NCBI GenBank assembly: GCA_964016885.1
Contig: OZ024740.1
Span: 63,736,001-63,800,000 of the forward strand
Reading direction: 5' to 3'
DNA from: Eledone cirrhosa
Taxonomy: Eukaryota
Length of the DNA: 64,000 nucleotides
The translations under genes and the position numbers were made by a program. The notes under the pieces are model-generated. The model searched no databases. It saw nothing but the letters and a program-made list of their open reading frames with translations, and was not told where the DNA came from. Below are positions 39,701-52,105 of this stretch, piece by piece. Numbering within the stretch: position 1 is the stretch's first letter; each line of letters starts with the position of its first letter.

Positions 39701-42700
39701 AGCCATGACACAGTGACATCTATCATATCAGTTGACAGCCATGACACAGAGACATCTATCAGTTAACAGCCATGACACTGACATCTTTCAGTTGACAGAC
39801 ATGACACAGTGACATCTATCATATCAGTTGACAGCCATGACACTGTGACATCTTTCAGTTGACAGACATGACACAGTGACATCTATCATATCAGTTGACA
39901 GCCATGACACAGTGACATCTTTCAGTTAACAGCTATGACACAGTGACATCTTTCAGTTAACAGCTATGACACAGTGACATATTTCAGTTGACAGCCATGA
40001 CACTGTGACATCTTTCAGTTAACAGCTATGACACTGTGTCATCTTTCAGTTGACAGCCATGACACTGTCATCTTTCAGTTGACAGCCATGACACTGTGTC
40101 ATCTTTCAGTTAACAGACATGACACAGTGACATCTTTCAGTGGACAGCCATGACACAGTGACATCTTTCAGTTAACAGCTATGACACAGTGACATCTTTC
40201 AGTTGACAGCCATGTCACAGTGACATCTTTCAGTTAACAGCTATGACACTGTGTCATCTTTCAGTTGACAGCCATGACACTGTGTCATCTTTCAGTTGAC
40301 AGCCATGACACGGTGATATCTATCAGTTGACAGCTATGACACTGTGACATCTTTCAGTTCACAGCCATGACACAGTGACATCTATCAGTTGACAGCCATG
40401 ACACTGTGACATCTTTCAGTTAACAGCTATGACACACTGACATCTTCAGTTAACAGCTATGACACAGTGACATCTTTCAGTTAACAGCTATGACACAGTG
40501 ACATCTTTCAGTTAAAAGCTATGACACAGTGACATCTTTCAGTTAACAGCTGACACAGTGACATCTTTCAGTTGACAGCCATGACACTGTGACATCTTTC
40601 AGTTAACAGCCATGACACTGTGTCATCTTTCAGTTGACAGCCATGACACTGTCATCTTTCAGTTGACAGCCATGACACTGTGTCATCTTTCAGTTAACAG
40701 ACATGACACAGTGACATTTTTCAGTGGACAGCCATGACACAATGACATCTTTCAGTTAACAGCTATGACACAGTGACATCTTTCAGTTGACAGCTATGAC
40801 ACTGTGTCATCTTTCAGTTAACAGCTATGACACAGTGACATCTTTCAGTTGACAGCTATGACAGTGTCATCTTTCAGTTAACAGCTATGACACAATGACA
40901 TCTTTCAGTTAGCAGCTATGACACAGTGACATCTTTCAGTTGACAGCCATGACACTGTGACATCTTTCAGTTAACAGCTATGACACTGTGTCATCTTTCA
41001 GTTGACAGCCATGACACTGTCATCTTTCAGTTGACAGCCATGACACTGTGTCATCTTTCAGTTAACAGACATGACACAGTGACATCTTTCAGTGGACAGC
41101 CATGACACAGTGACATCTTTCAGTTAACAGCTATGACACAGTGACATCTTTCAGTTGACAGCCATGTCACAGTGACATCTTTCAGTTAACAGCTATGACA
41201 CTGTGTCATCTTTCAGTTGACAGCCATGACACTGTGTCATCTTTCAGTTAACAGACATGACACCGTGACATCGTTCAGTGGACAGACATGACAGTGACAT
41301 CTTTCAGTTGACAGCCATGACACAGTGACATCTTTCAGTTAACAGCTATATCACAGTGACATCTTCAGTTAACAGCCATGACACAGTGACATCTTTCAGT
41401 TAACAGCTATGTCACAGTGACATCTTTCAGTTAACAGCTATGACACAGTGACATCTTTCAGTTAACAGCTATGACACTGTGTCATCTTTCAGTTGACAGC
41501 CACGACACAGTGTCACCTTTCAGTTGACAGTCATGACACTGTGACATCTTTCAGTTGACAGACATGACAGTGACATCTTTCAGTTGACAGCCATGACACA
41601 GTGACATCTTTCAGTTGACAGCCATGACACAGTGACATCTTCAGTTAACAGCCATGACACTGTGTCATCTTTCAGTTGACAGCCATGACACTGACATCTT
41701 TCAGTTGACAGACATGACACAGTGACATCTTTCAGTTAACAGCTATGACACTGACATCTTTCAGTTAACAGCTATGACACAGTGACATCTTTCAGTTGAC
41801 AGCCATGACACTGACATCTTTCAGTTAACAGCTATGACATTGTGTCATCTTTCAGTTGACAGTCATGACACAGTGTCACCTTTCAGTTGACAGTCATGAC
41901 ACTGTGACATCTTTCAGTTGACAGACATGACAGTGACATCTTTCAGTTGACAGCCATGACACAGTGACATCTTTCAGTTGACAGTCATGACACTGTGACA
42001 ACTATCAGTTGACAGCCATGTCACAGTGACATCTTTCAGTTAACAGCTATGACACTCTGTCATCTTTCAGTTGACAGCCATGACACTATGTCATCTTTCA
42101 GTTAACAGACATGACAAAGTGACATCTTGCAGTGGACAGACATGACAGTGACACCTTTCAGTTGACAGCCATGACACTGTGACATCTTTCAGTTAATAGC
42201 TATGACACAGTGACATCTATCAGTTAACAGCTATGACACTGTGACATCTTTCAGTTAACAGCTATGACACTGTGATATCTTTCAGTTGACAGACATGACA
42301 CTGTGTTATCTTTCAGTTGACAGACATGACACTGTGACATCTTTCAGTTAATAGCTATGACACAGTGACATCTTTCAGTTAACAGCTATGACACTGTGAC
42401 ATCTTTCAGTTAACAGCTATGACACTGTGTCATCTTTCAGTTGACAGCCATGACACTGTGTCATCTTTCAGTTGACAGCCATGACACTGACATCTTTCAG
42501 TTGACAGACATGACAGTGACATCTTTCAGTTGACAGCCATGACACAGTGACATCTTTCAGTTAACAGCTATGACACTGTGACATCTTTCAGTTGACAGCC
42601 ATGACACTGACATCTTTCAGTTAACAGCTATGACACAGTGACTCTTTCAGTTGACAGCTATGACACTGTGATATCTTTCAGTGGACAGCCATGACACAGT

Positions 42701-44366
42701 TACATCTATCATATCAGTTGACAGCCATGACACAGAGACATCTATCAGTTAACAGCCATGACACTGACATCTTTCAGTTGACAGACATGACACAGTGACA
42801 TCTATCATATCAGTTGACAGCCATGACACTGTGACATCTTTCAGTTGACAGACATGCCACAGTGACATCTATCATATCAGTTGACAGCCATGACACAGTG
42901 ACATCTTTCAGTTGACAGCCATGACACTGACATCTTTCAGTTGACAGCCATGACACTGTGACATCTTTCAGTTAACAGCTATGACATTGTGTCATCTTTC
43001 AGTTGACAGTCATGACACAGTGTCACCTTTCAGTTGACAGACATGACAGTGACATCTTTCAGTTCACAGCCATGACACAGTGACATCTTTCAGTTAACAG
43101 CCATGACACTCTGTCATCTTTCAGTTGACAGCCATGACACTGTGACATCTTTCAGTTAACAGCTATGACACAGTGACATCTATCAGTTGACAGCTATGAC
43201 ACTGTGACATCTTTCAGTTGACAGCCATGACACAGTGACATCTTTCAGTTAACAGCTATGACACAGTGACATCTTTCAGTTAACAGCTATGACACAGTGA
43301 CATCTTTCAGTTAACAGCTATGACACAGTGACATCTTTCAGTTAACAGCTATGACACTGTGACATCTTTCAGTTAACAGCTATGACACTGTGTCATCTTT
43401 CAGTTAACAGCTATGACACTGTGTCATCTTTAAGTTGACAGTCATGACACAGTGTCACCTTTCAGTTGACAGTCATGACACTGTGACATCTTTCAGTTGA
43501 CAGACATGACAGTGACATCTTTCAGTTCACAGCCATGACACAGTGACATCTATCGGTTGACAGCCATGACACAGTGACATCTTTCAGTTAACAGCTATGT
43601 CACTCTGTCATCTTTCAGTTGACAGCCATGACACTGTGTCATCTTTCAGTTAACAGACATGACAAAGTGACATCTTTCAGTGGACAGACATGTCAGTGAC
43701 ACCTTTCAGTTAACAGCTATGACACTGTGACATCTTTCAGTTAACAGCTATAACAGTGACATCTTTCAGTTGACAGCCATGGCGCTGTGACATCTTTCAG
43801 TTGACAGCTTTGACACAGTGACATCTTTCAGTTAACAGACATGACACAGTGACATCTTTCAGTTAACAGCCATGACACAGTGACATCTTTCAGTTAACAG
43901 CCATGACACTGTGACATTTTTCAGTTAACAGCCATGACACAGTGACATCTTTCAGTTAACAGCCATGACACAGTGACATCTTTCAGTTAACAGCCATGAC
44001 ACAGTGACATCTTTCAGTTAACAGCTATAACACAGTGACATCTTTCAGTTGACAGCCATGGCGCTGTGACATCTTTCAGTTGACAGCTATGACACTGTGA
44101 TATCTTTCAGTTAACAGCTATAACACAGTGACATCTTTCAGTTGACAGCCATGGCGCTGTGACATCTTTCAGTTGACAGCTATGACACTGTGACATCTTT
44201 CAGTTAACAGCTATGACACAGTGACATCTTTCAGTTAACAGCCATGACACAGTGACATCTTTCAGTTAACAGCCATGACACTGTGACATTTTTCAGTTAA
44301 CAGCTATGACACACTGACATCTTTATATTAACAGTCATGTCACACAGCAACATCTTTCAGTGAACA
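21769..44366. repeat. ~22.6-kb intronic satellite array, 31-bp monomer (about 730 copies)
   Basis: Consensus acatctttcagtt(g/a)acagc(c/t)atgacac(a/t)gtg; period 31 (e.g. 22441->22472) with 29, 30, 33 and 36-bp variants; ends about 90 bp from the 44456 exon donor. Confidence 0.98.
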
Positions 44367-44416
44367 ATAGGGATACAGAGAGAAAATAGAATGAATATTT
44401 TACCCACAACACACTA

Positions 44417-44599
<183 letters not shown>

Positions 44600-44644
44600 T
44601 TAAGTAATAACTCACTATAAGCAAATGTGTGTATGTATGTGTGT

Positions 44645-45000
44645 ATCATTTAGGGTCCATTTTTTCACGCTAGCATGGGTTAGACGAGTTGTCTCGCTGT
44701 AAGATATGTCAGATCAGATGACCGTGTCTTGCTCATATACAAAACTGTTTCTGGCTTGGTTTCTACAGCTGGATGCCCTTCCTAACGCCAACCACATTTA
44801 CAGTGTGGACTGTGTGCTTTTTATCGTGGCACCAAAACGATGAACTGACAGGTTGGACTGGGTGCTTTTTGTTGTGTCACCAGCACGACCACTTTACAGG
44901 GTGGACTGGGTGCTTTTTGTTGTGTCACCAGCACGACCACTTTACAGGGTGGACTGGGTGCTTCTTGTCATGCCATCAACACAACGACTTTACAGGGTAA
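44645..45000 (-). mobile_element. RTE 3' UTR copy with an expanded 48-bp internal repeat
   Basis: ggactg starts at 44807, 44855, 44903 and 44951; RTE tail motif at 44645-44690. Confidence 0.8.
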
Positions 45001-45028
45001 GCTGTGTATAATACATATATTACGTAAA

Positions 45029-45430
45029 ACAGTATATAGAGAAAAATACACAAAAAGGTATGTGTCAATTATAGGGGATAGAATACCACCAGAGTGAAAA
45101 TCATATTGTCTACGAAAAGAATGCAGAATACATATCAATTAAAAGAATAAATATATCACTCTGATATAGTTTTAGAAGTAAGGACCATACTGTAGTCCAC
45201 CTGTTGATAAGCCCTCTGCAATATGGAATCTTCACTTTTTATGGCGAATCATTCTTTTATTTGAGTTTGTTCAGGTGTTATAGTTATAAACGGATGGCTT
45301 GTGCATTTTAATTTATTCTTTTACTTGATATGTATTCGCTATCCCTATTCGTAGACTTTGTTTTTCACTCTGGTGGTATTATATCCCCTATAATTGAACA
45401 CATACCTCTGTATTTTTCTCTATATACTGT
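45029..45430. repeat. Imperfect inverted repeat (~120-bp arms), MITE- or Penelope-like
   Basis: acagtatatagagaaaaataca...aaaagaataaat (45029-45152) versus atttattctttta...tatttttctctatatactgt (45311-45430). Confidence 0.75.
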
Positions 45431-45876
45431 CTTATAAAGAGCCCGGATTCTATTCCTTGAGCTCATTAAATTACAGGGGATTAACATGAGTTTTAACTCC
45501 GTTTTTTAATTTGATATATATATATATATATTATATATACATATAATGATATATCTTAAATAATTACCGACACAAACGCTAATTATATGCAAAGTAGTAT
45601 GTCCATTTCAGAATAAAAGTAAGATTGAATGGGTATATAGGCCTAACAAATACGTTTCCTTGTAGTTGTTTGGATATACATGCCTTCTGAATGAGAGTCG
45701 AATTAGGTTTGAAATTCATATTTCTGGCATGTTTACATGCCTATATATTGAATATTTATATACACATTAGTGTAGTTTCTGGTAACCACACTGTACGTAT
45801 ACAGATATAACTTTATCATACACTTCAGCTGCTAGCGAAGTGTAGATAAAGTTATATCTGTATATGTATATATCTT

Positions 45877-45934
<58 letters not shown>

Positions 45935-45935
45935 A

Positions 45936-46265
45936 GTCCCGTAACTCCTGATAGAGTTGTAAGGGTGTCAAATTGACATATGCCATTTCTTGGGCATTTT
46001 AAATCTGGCAGAGCCCATCCTTCTCCAGGCCCAAATACACAGATTTCATCCAGAGAAAGATAGATAGTGAGAGAAGAAAGATAGATAGTGAGAGAGAAGA
46101 AAGATATAGAGGAAGAATCCACCCCAGTATTAGACTGGTATTTTTTTTATCGACTTCAAAAGGATGAAAGGCAAAGTTGACCTCAGCGGGATTTGAACTC
46201 ATTAGAGCAGAGAGCCAAAACGAATACCATAAAGCATTCTATCCGACGTTTTAACGACTGCCACC
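45936..46265 (-). mobile_element. tRNA-derived SINE, copy 3
   Basis: B box gagttcaaatcccgc and the shared central and 3' domains; flanked by (TA)n and (GA)n. Confidence 0.78.
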
Positions 46266-46280
46266 TATATATATATATAT

Positions 46281-46344
<64 letters not shown>

Positions 46345-46906
46345 GGAGAAAGAGATTAGAGATAAAAGCGAGAAAATAGATATATATATAAATATAAGGT
46401 AATAAGGTAAAGTATAATATAGTGAGGAGATTAACAGTTGCAAATGTCTCAGTACTGAATCTCTTGTGACAAAATACGTCTAGAGAATAAAGGTAAATAT
46501 TAATTATTAAAAATGCAGAAAAAATAAAACTACTAGTTAGTTGGGGTGGTTAGTATATTTCTGTAATAGTGAGTAAATTTACAATAATAATGATAATAGT
46601 GGTGGTAATAATAAAAAATAATAAAATAATAGAAGTTGGTAGTAATAGTAGCAGTAGTGATAATTATGATCTCAGTCATTACCATCAACACTCTGAGGTG
46701 CGTCATAATGTGGGGAAGGTTTTAAGTGGTAAGGTGGATACTTAGTTATATAGCCAATCCATCCTACTTTATATAATATACATATAATATACAAATTATA
46801 TAATAATATATATTTATATTATAAGTAATAATCCAACCAAGAGTTTAGTCAGAAAAAGAAAAGAAAAAAGAAAAATATACTTATATATATATATATATGT
46901 CTCTTT

Positions 46907-46954
46907 CTTGTCTGATGACCCTGTGATAAACAGGTGAAACTCCAGAGTAACCAA
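46907..46954 (+). ncRNA. Degenerate type I minimal hammerhead ribozyme (Penelope-type)
   Basis: CTGATGA (46912), cctg/cagg stem II, GAAAC (46936), actc-ca-gagt stem III, GTA site; stem I is imperfect. Confidence 0.55.
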
Positions 46955-47060
46955 ACTCACTATTTAGCCTTAATAAAATGTATAAATATATATATATATT
47001 TCATTTTTGAATTTGTTTTGCAAAATTTCTTATCTGAAAATGTGTGTTGAAACAGATACT

Positions 47061-47298
47061 GTTATATTTTGGGAGGGTGAAGCTGCCAATAAAAATACAT
47101 GCACCTGTTAGTTTTCACTTCAATTTATTATAAATTTCCGGTTGATTGGTTGGTTCGATAACTGGATGGTTTATATAAATATATATATATATAACAACCA
47201 TCCGGTTATCGACCCAACTGGAAATTTATAATAAATTAAAGTGAAAACCAACAGGTGTATGTGTTTTTATTTTCAGCATGACCCTCCCAAAGTATAAT
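47061..47298. repeat. Imperfect palindrome (~105-bp arms) around a central (TA)n
   Basis: ttttgggagggt...gataactggatggtt versus aaccatccggttatc...accctcccaaag. Confidence 0.8.
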
Positions 47299-47378
47299 AT
47301 ATATATATAATTATTATTATTATTTATACACAGAACAAAAAGCTCTACCTTCGGTTTCAAGGTGCCCATTTCCCCAAA

Positions 47379-47612
47379 TTGTGGACAGTGATGCAGAATG
47401 CATGGTTGAGCAATCAAATTCCTGACCTAGTCATCAGGTGCTGGGACGAGTTTGAAGATACTGGTGCCAAGAGATGTTATCTATGCCTCAGTAAAAAATT
47501 CAGGATTTTACAAGGTTTGTACTCTGCGAATAATTACCTGAACTTTAAGAATCACACTTTTAAAGAATGCTTACATCTGAAAAGTCAACTCCTTTCTAAA
47601 TGGAAACAATGA
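47379..47612 (+). pseudogene. Penelope-like element GIY-YIG C-terminal remnant
   Basis: KRCYLCLSKKFRIL..YLNFK..KECLHLK..LL resembles the KRCxLCLxEK..LN..CxH..LL end of Penelope-like endonucleases. Confidence 0.6.
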
Positions 47613-49587
47613 ATTCACCAGATTTTCAAGCACCTTGACATTGATTTCCATACTTTCTACATAACTACTTCTGCTTTCCACACTTACATAGCACTGCACA
47701 CCTTCTATACTACAACACTACCACAATTAAATACAAATTATCATACATACTTACAGCACTGAACACAGACATATACATTTCAATTTGATATGAGCTATTT
47801 CCCATTGTTACAGAATGTAATAAATCATCATCATTTAATGTTCATTTTCCATGCTAACATGGGTTAAATGGGTTATCCCATTAGAGACAAGTTGGGTCAG
47901 GTGACCATGTATTGCTCATAAAGGACTGTTTCTGGATAGATGCCCTTCCTAACGCCAGCCACATTTACAGTGTGTGCTAGGTTTTTTTTGTCATGACTCT
48001 TACATGACCACTTTACAGTGTGAGCTGGGTTCTTTTAGTCGCGACACCTACACGACCACCTTACAGCGTAGGCTACATAACATGCTATATTTTTAATGGT
48101 ATCTTCAATCTCATACTAGTGCCTGATAACTAGGTCGTGAATTTGTTTGCTTTTCCATGCATTCTGCACCACCATGCACAATGGAGAGATGGCAATAACT
48201 GGAACTTGAAACGTAAGGTAGTGCTGTTTGTTCCATATATGAACATAAATATAATATATCAGCTCTCACACTAGCTTGAGCATTGTTTTCCTTCTCCTTT
48301 TTCACATTCATCAATATTTTACTACACACACAGATATGTATATATATATACATACACATTATATATATATATAGACATATATATCATCACCGTTTTACAT
48401 CTGCTTTCCTAGCTGGCATGGGTTGGATGGGTTGTGACAGTCCAAGATTAGACAGATTGATGGACGTAACTTGTTTATAACTTACATTTTTAACATGGTT
48501 TATATGGCTGGATGTCCTTTCTAATCCCAAACCTATTACAGAATGTGTTGGGTGCATTTTATCATGGCAGCAACACAACTACTTACAGAGTGCACAAGGA
48601 ACATTATATGATGGCCTGAATGAAAGGAGGTTGGTGTGTCCTTGGTAGGGTGAAAAGCGGGAGGAAAGGAGAGAAGGATGTGAGAGTATTCAGAAAAGGC
48701 ATTGTAGAGGGAGCAATGATAGTAACACATCTGCTGCTGGGAGCAAGAGGCAGGGAAAGAAAAGAAAAATAGATGGGAAAATTTTTGAGTGGTGGCCAGA
48801 GGAGTGAGGGTAATGGGTTGAAGATCAAAAAGTGGGGGAAATATATAAGATTGTAGATGCAAAGGGATTAGATATATACATGACTAAAGACATCCATGTT
48901 TATGTGGGCTGTATCCTGCAGTGAATATAAGACTGACTGGGTAAGCCTCAGATCAAAAGCTATCCCCAGTTATGTGGGCAGTTTGGTAATATATAAGAGA
49001 GGGTAAGTGAAAGTGATTCAGCTAAGAAAGAAACAAACCACAAAACACAGGGTGGGCAGCAGATGGAAGCTTAAGAGGGACACAAATGTAGATATATCTT
49101 TCAGCTTTCACACTAACATCCTTTCAACAGCTGCATTTTCCATGCTGGCATTAGTACGTAGTATGTATGTATGTATAATGTGTGTGTGTGTGTATATGAA
49201 TTCATCATTTAATGTCCATTTTCCCTGCTAGCAAAAAATCAGACAAGTTATGATAGATTAAGTCAGTTCATGATCAGTGTTACTGACCTCTCTGTATATC
49301 TGCACACACACACACACGCACACATATATATATGTGTGTATATATATATATATCATCATTTTACGCCCGCTTTTCCCTGCTTTTCCCAGCATCTCTCCAC
49401 TTGTCACATATATATATACACATATATATACATATATATACACATATATATATACATATATATACACATATATATATACACATATATATATACACATATA
49501 TATATACACATATATATACATATATATATATATACACATATATATATATACACATATATATATATACACATATATGCATATATATAC

Positions 49588-49633
<46 letters not shown>

Positions 49634-49636
<3 letters not shown>

Positions 49637-49976
49637 ATCATCATCATCATCATTTTACGTCCGCTTTTCCCTGCTTGCAAGGGTGGGACGGGAACTGATT
49701 CTGGCTTGATTTCTACAGCTGGATGCCCTTCCTAACACCAACCTCATTTTCAGTGAGTGCTGGGTGCTTTTTTGCCGTGGCACCTCCACGGCCACTTTGC
49801 AGCGGAATGATATGGACCCCAGTCCCTATCATCTCATTTCTACAGCTGAGTAAACTGGAGCAATGTGAAATAAAGTGTCTTGCTCAAGGAAACAACACAT
49901 CACCCGGTCTGAGAATTGAACTCACAACCTTTTGATTGCAAGGCCAATGCTCTAACCACTAAGCCATGTGCCTCCA
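49634..49976 (-). mobile_element. SINE with tRNA head, CORE-like middle and RTE-derived 3' tail
   Basis: tggcttagtgg A box, gttcaattc B box, ccttgagcaagacacttta core, then sequence nearly identical to the intact RTE 3' UTR and (TGA)n. Confidence 0.7.
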
Positions 49977-50322
49977 TATATATACATATATGTATATACA
50001 TATATATACATATATATATACACATATATATACATATATATATACACATATATATACATATATATATATATACACACATATATTTACACATATATATATA
50101 CATATATATATACACATATATATATACATATATATATACACATATATATATATACACATATATATATATATACACATATATATATATATACACATATATA
50201 TATATATACATATATATATACACACATATATATATACACACATATATACACACATATATATATACATATATATATATATACATATATATATACATATATA
50301 TATATATACATATATATATACA

Positions 50323-50740
50323 TGGACCGTGACCTTTGGCGGTACTCAGTAACAGAGAAGACCCGCCTTGCCAGTAGGCATCTCTAACAAACTACACCCC
50401 GTCCCGCCACCACCCCCACCCCATCCACACCACCCCGTTCTATGTAAAGTTATGTTGGTGCCGCGCCATCCAGGCCGAAACAAATGAGATCGTGTAGGTG
50501 TCACGACAAAAAACACACAGTCCACGCTGTAATGTGGCCGTGTAGGCAACACGGTAAAAACCTCCCAGACCCACACTGTAAATGTGGTTGGTGTTAGGAA
50601 GGGCATCCAACTGTAGAAAACCTGCCAGACAGTCCTATGCGAGCAAGACAATCACTCTTGCCTCAAGTGGGACTACCCCCGTCCAAACCCATGCAGGCGT
50701 GGAACACGGACGTTAAACGTTGATGATGATGATGATGATG
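50323..50740 (+). mobile_element. RTE 3' end (same subfamily as 15100-17883)
   Basis: [15 protein letters not shown] plus a 3' UTR closely matching 17450-17883, then (GAT)n. Confidence 0.9.
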
Positions 50741-50760
50741 ATATATATATATATATATAT

Positions 50761-51154
50761 ATAAAGTTAAATAAAAGTCAAATGATTAAAATTTAGCTTC
50801 GTTTATTACTGCTATATATATTTCAGTGACAGCCATCTTTGGCTGTGACCTCTTCAGGCAGTTTGAATTAGTATGGTATAGACAAGTACATATGTTGTTT
50901 AGGTGTATGATATTGTCAATACTCTGATATGCCCAGTTCCTTGCTGGGTTGTTAATTCACTGGGGAACTGGAGTCATACTGGGCATATCAGAGTATTGAC
51001 AATATCATACACCTAAACAACATATGTACTTGTCTATACCATACTAATTCAAACTGCCTGAAGAGGTCACAGCCAAAGATGGCTGTCACTGAAATATATA
51101 TAGCAGTAATAAACGAAGCTAAATTTTAATCATTTGACTTTTATTTAACTTTAT
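50761..51154. mobile_element. Perfect 177-bp inverted repeat with 40-bp spacer; Penelope-like pseudo-LTR inversion
   Basis: Arms 50761-50937 and 50978-51154 read as exact reverse complements; each carries a hammerhead core followed by AATAAA. Confidence 0.85.
51053..51107 (+). ncRNA. Type I minimal hammerhead ribozyme (mirror copy on the minus strand at 50808-50862)
   Basis: actgc / CTGAAGA / ggtcacagcca-aaga-tggctgtcact / GAAA / palindromic tatata / TA cleavage site / gcagt. Confidence 0.75.
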
Positions 51155-51255
51155 TTTACACTACTCCGGAGTAACCAAACCAACCTGCGCACTTCGTCGA
51201 GTGCTCCAGCCTGCATACTGAGGTGTTGGTATACAACCAACATAAACTCAAAATC

Positions 51256-51286
<31 letters not shown>

Positions 51287-51498
51287 TTTATTATGTCTCA
51301 TATAAAATAATACAACTGGCCTTCCGCAAAATACATATAGTTAGCACCCCAAACGTAAAATTGGGATTATACTAAGGTATATCCTAATGTTTGTTGAGTG
51401 AGATTGAAGCCAGTCAGAGTATAGCTTAAAGCTTTCTCTGTTAATGTATTGAGTACATATATATATATATATATATACACATATATATATACATATAC

Positions 51499-51531
<33 letters not shown>

Positions 51532-51576
51532 CATATATACATATATATATATACATATACATACATATATATATAC

Positions 51577-51607
<31 letters not shown>

Positions 51608-51664
51608 CATATATAATATATATATACACATATATATATACATATATATATATATATACACATA

Positions 51665-51716
<52 letters not shown>

Positions 51717-51814
51717 CACATATATATATATATACATATATATATACATACACAGTTCAAGAGTAACCAATTCTTCCTTGTGGAATTTGTGGTCTTGTTT
51801 TGCTTAACTAATGA

Positions 51815-51939
<125 letters not shown>

Positions 51940-52052
51940 CACATATATATATATATATACACATATATATATACACACATATACACATATATATATATAT
52001 ATATACACATATATATATATACACATATATATATATATATACACATATATAT

Positions 52053-52105
<53 letters not shown>

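Noticed and set aside
21769-44366. CRISPR-like array or coding repeat
   Set aside because: Monomers are contiguous with no unique spacers, there are no cas genes, the context is eukaryotic, and the ORF track shows no ORF across the array.
45685-45730. Hammerhead-like ctgaatgag...gaaa
   Set aside because: Core spacing and stems are poor.
49900-49976. tRNA gene
   Set aside because: A and B boxes are present, but there is no intact cloverleaf and the sequence continues into a SINE body.
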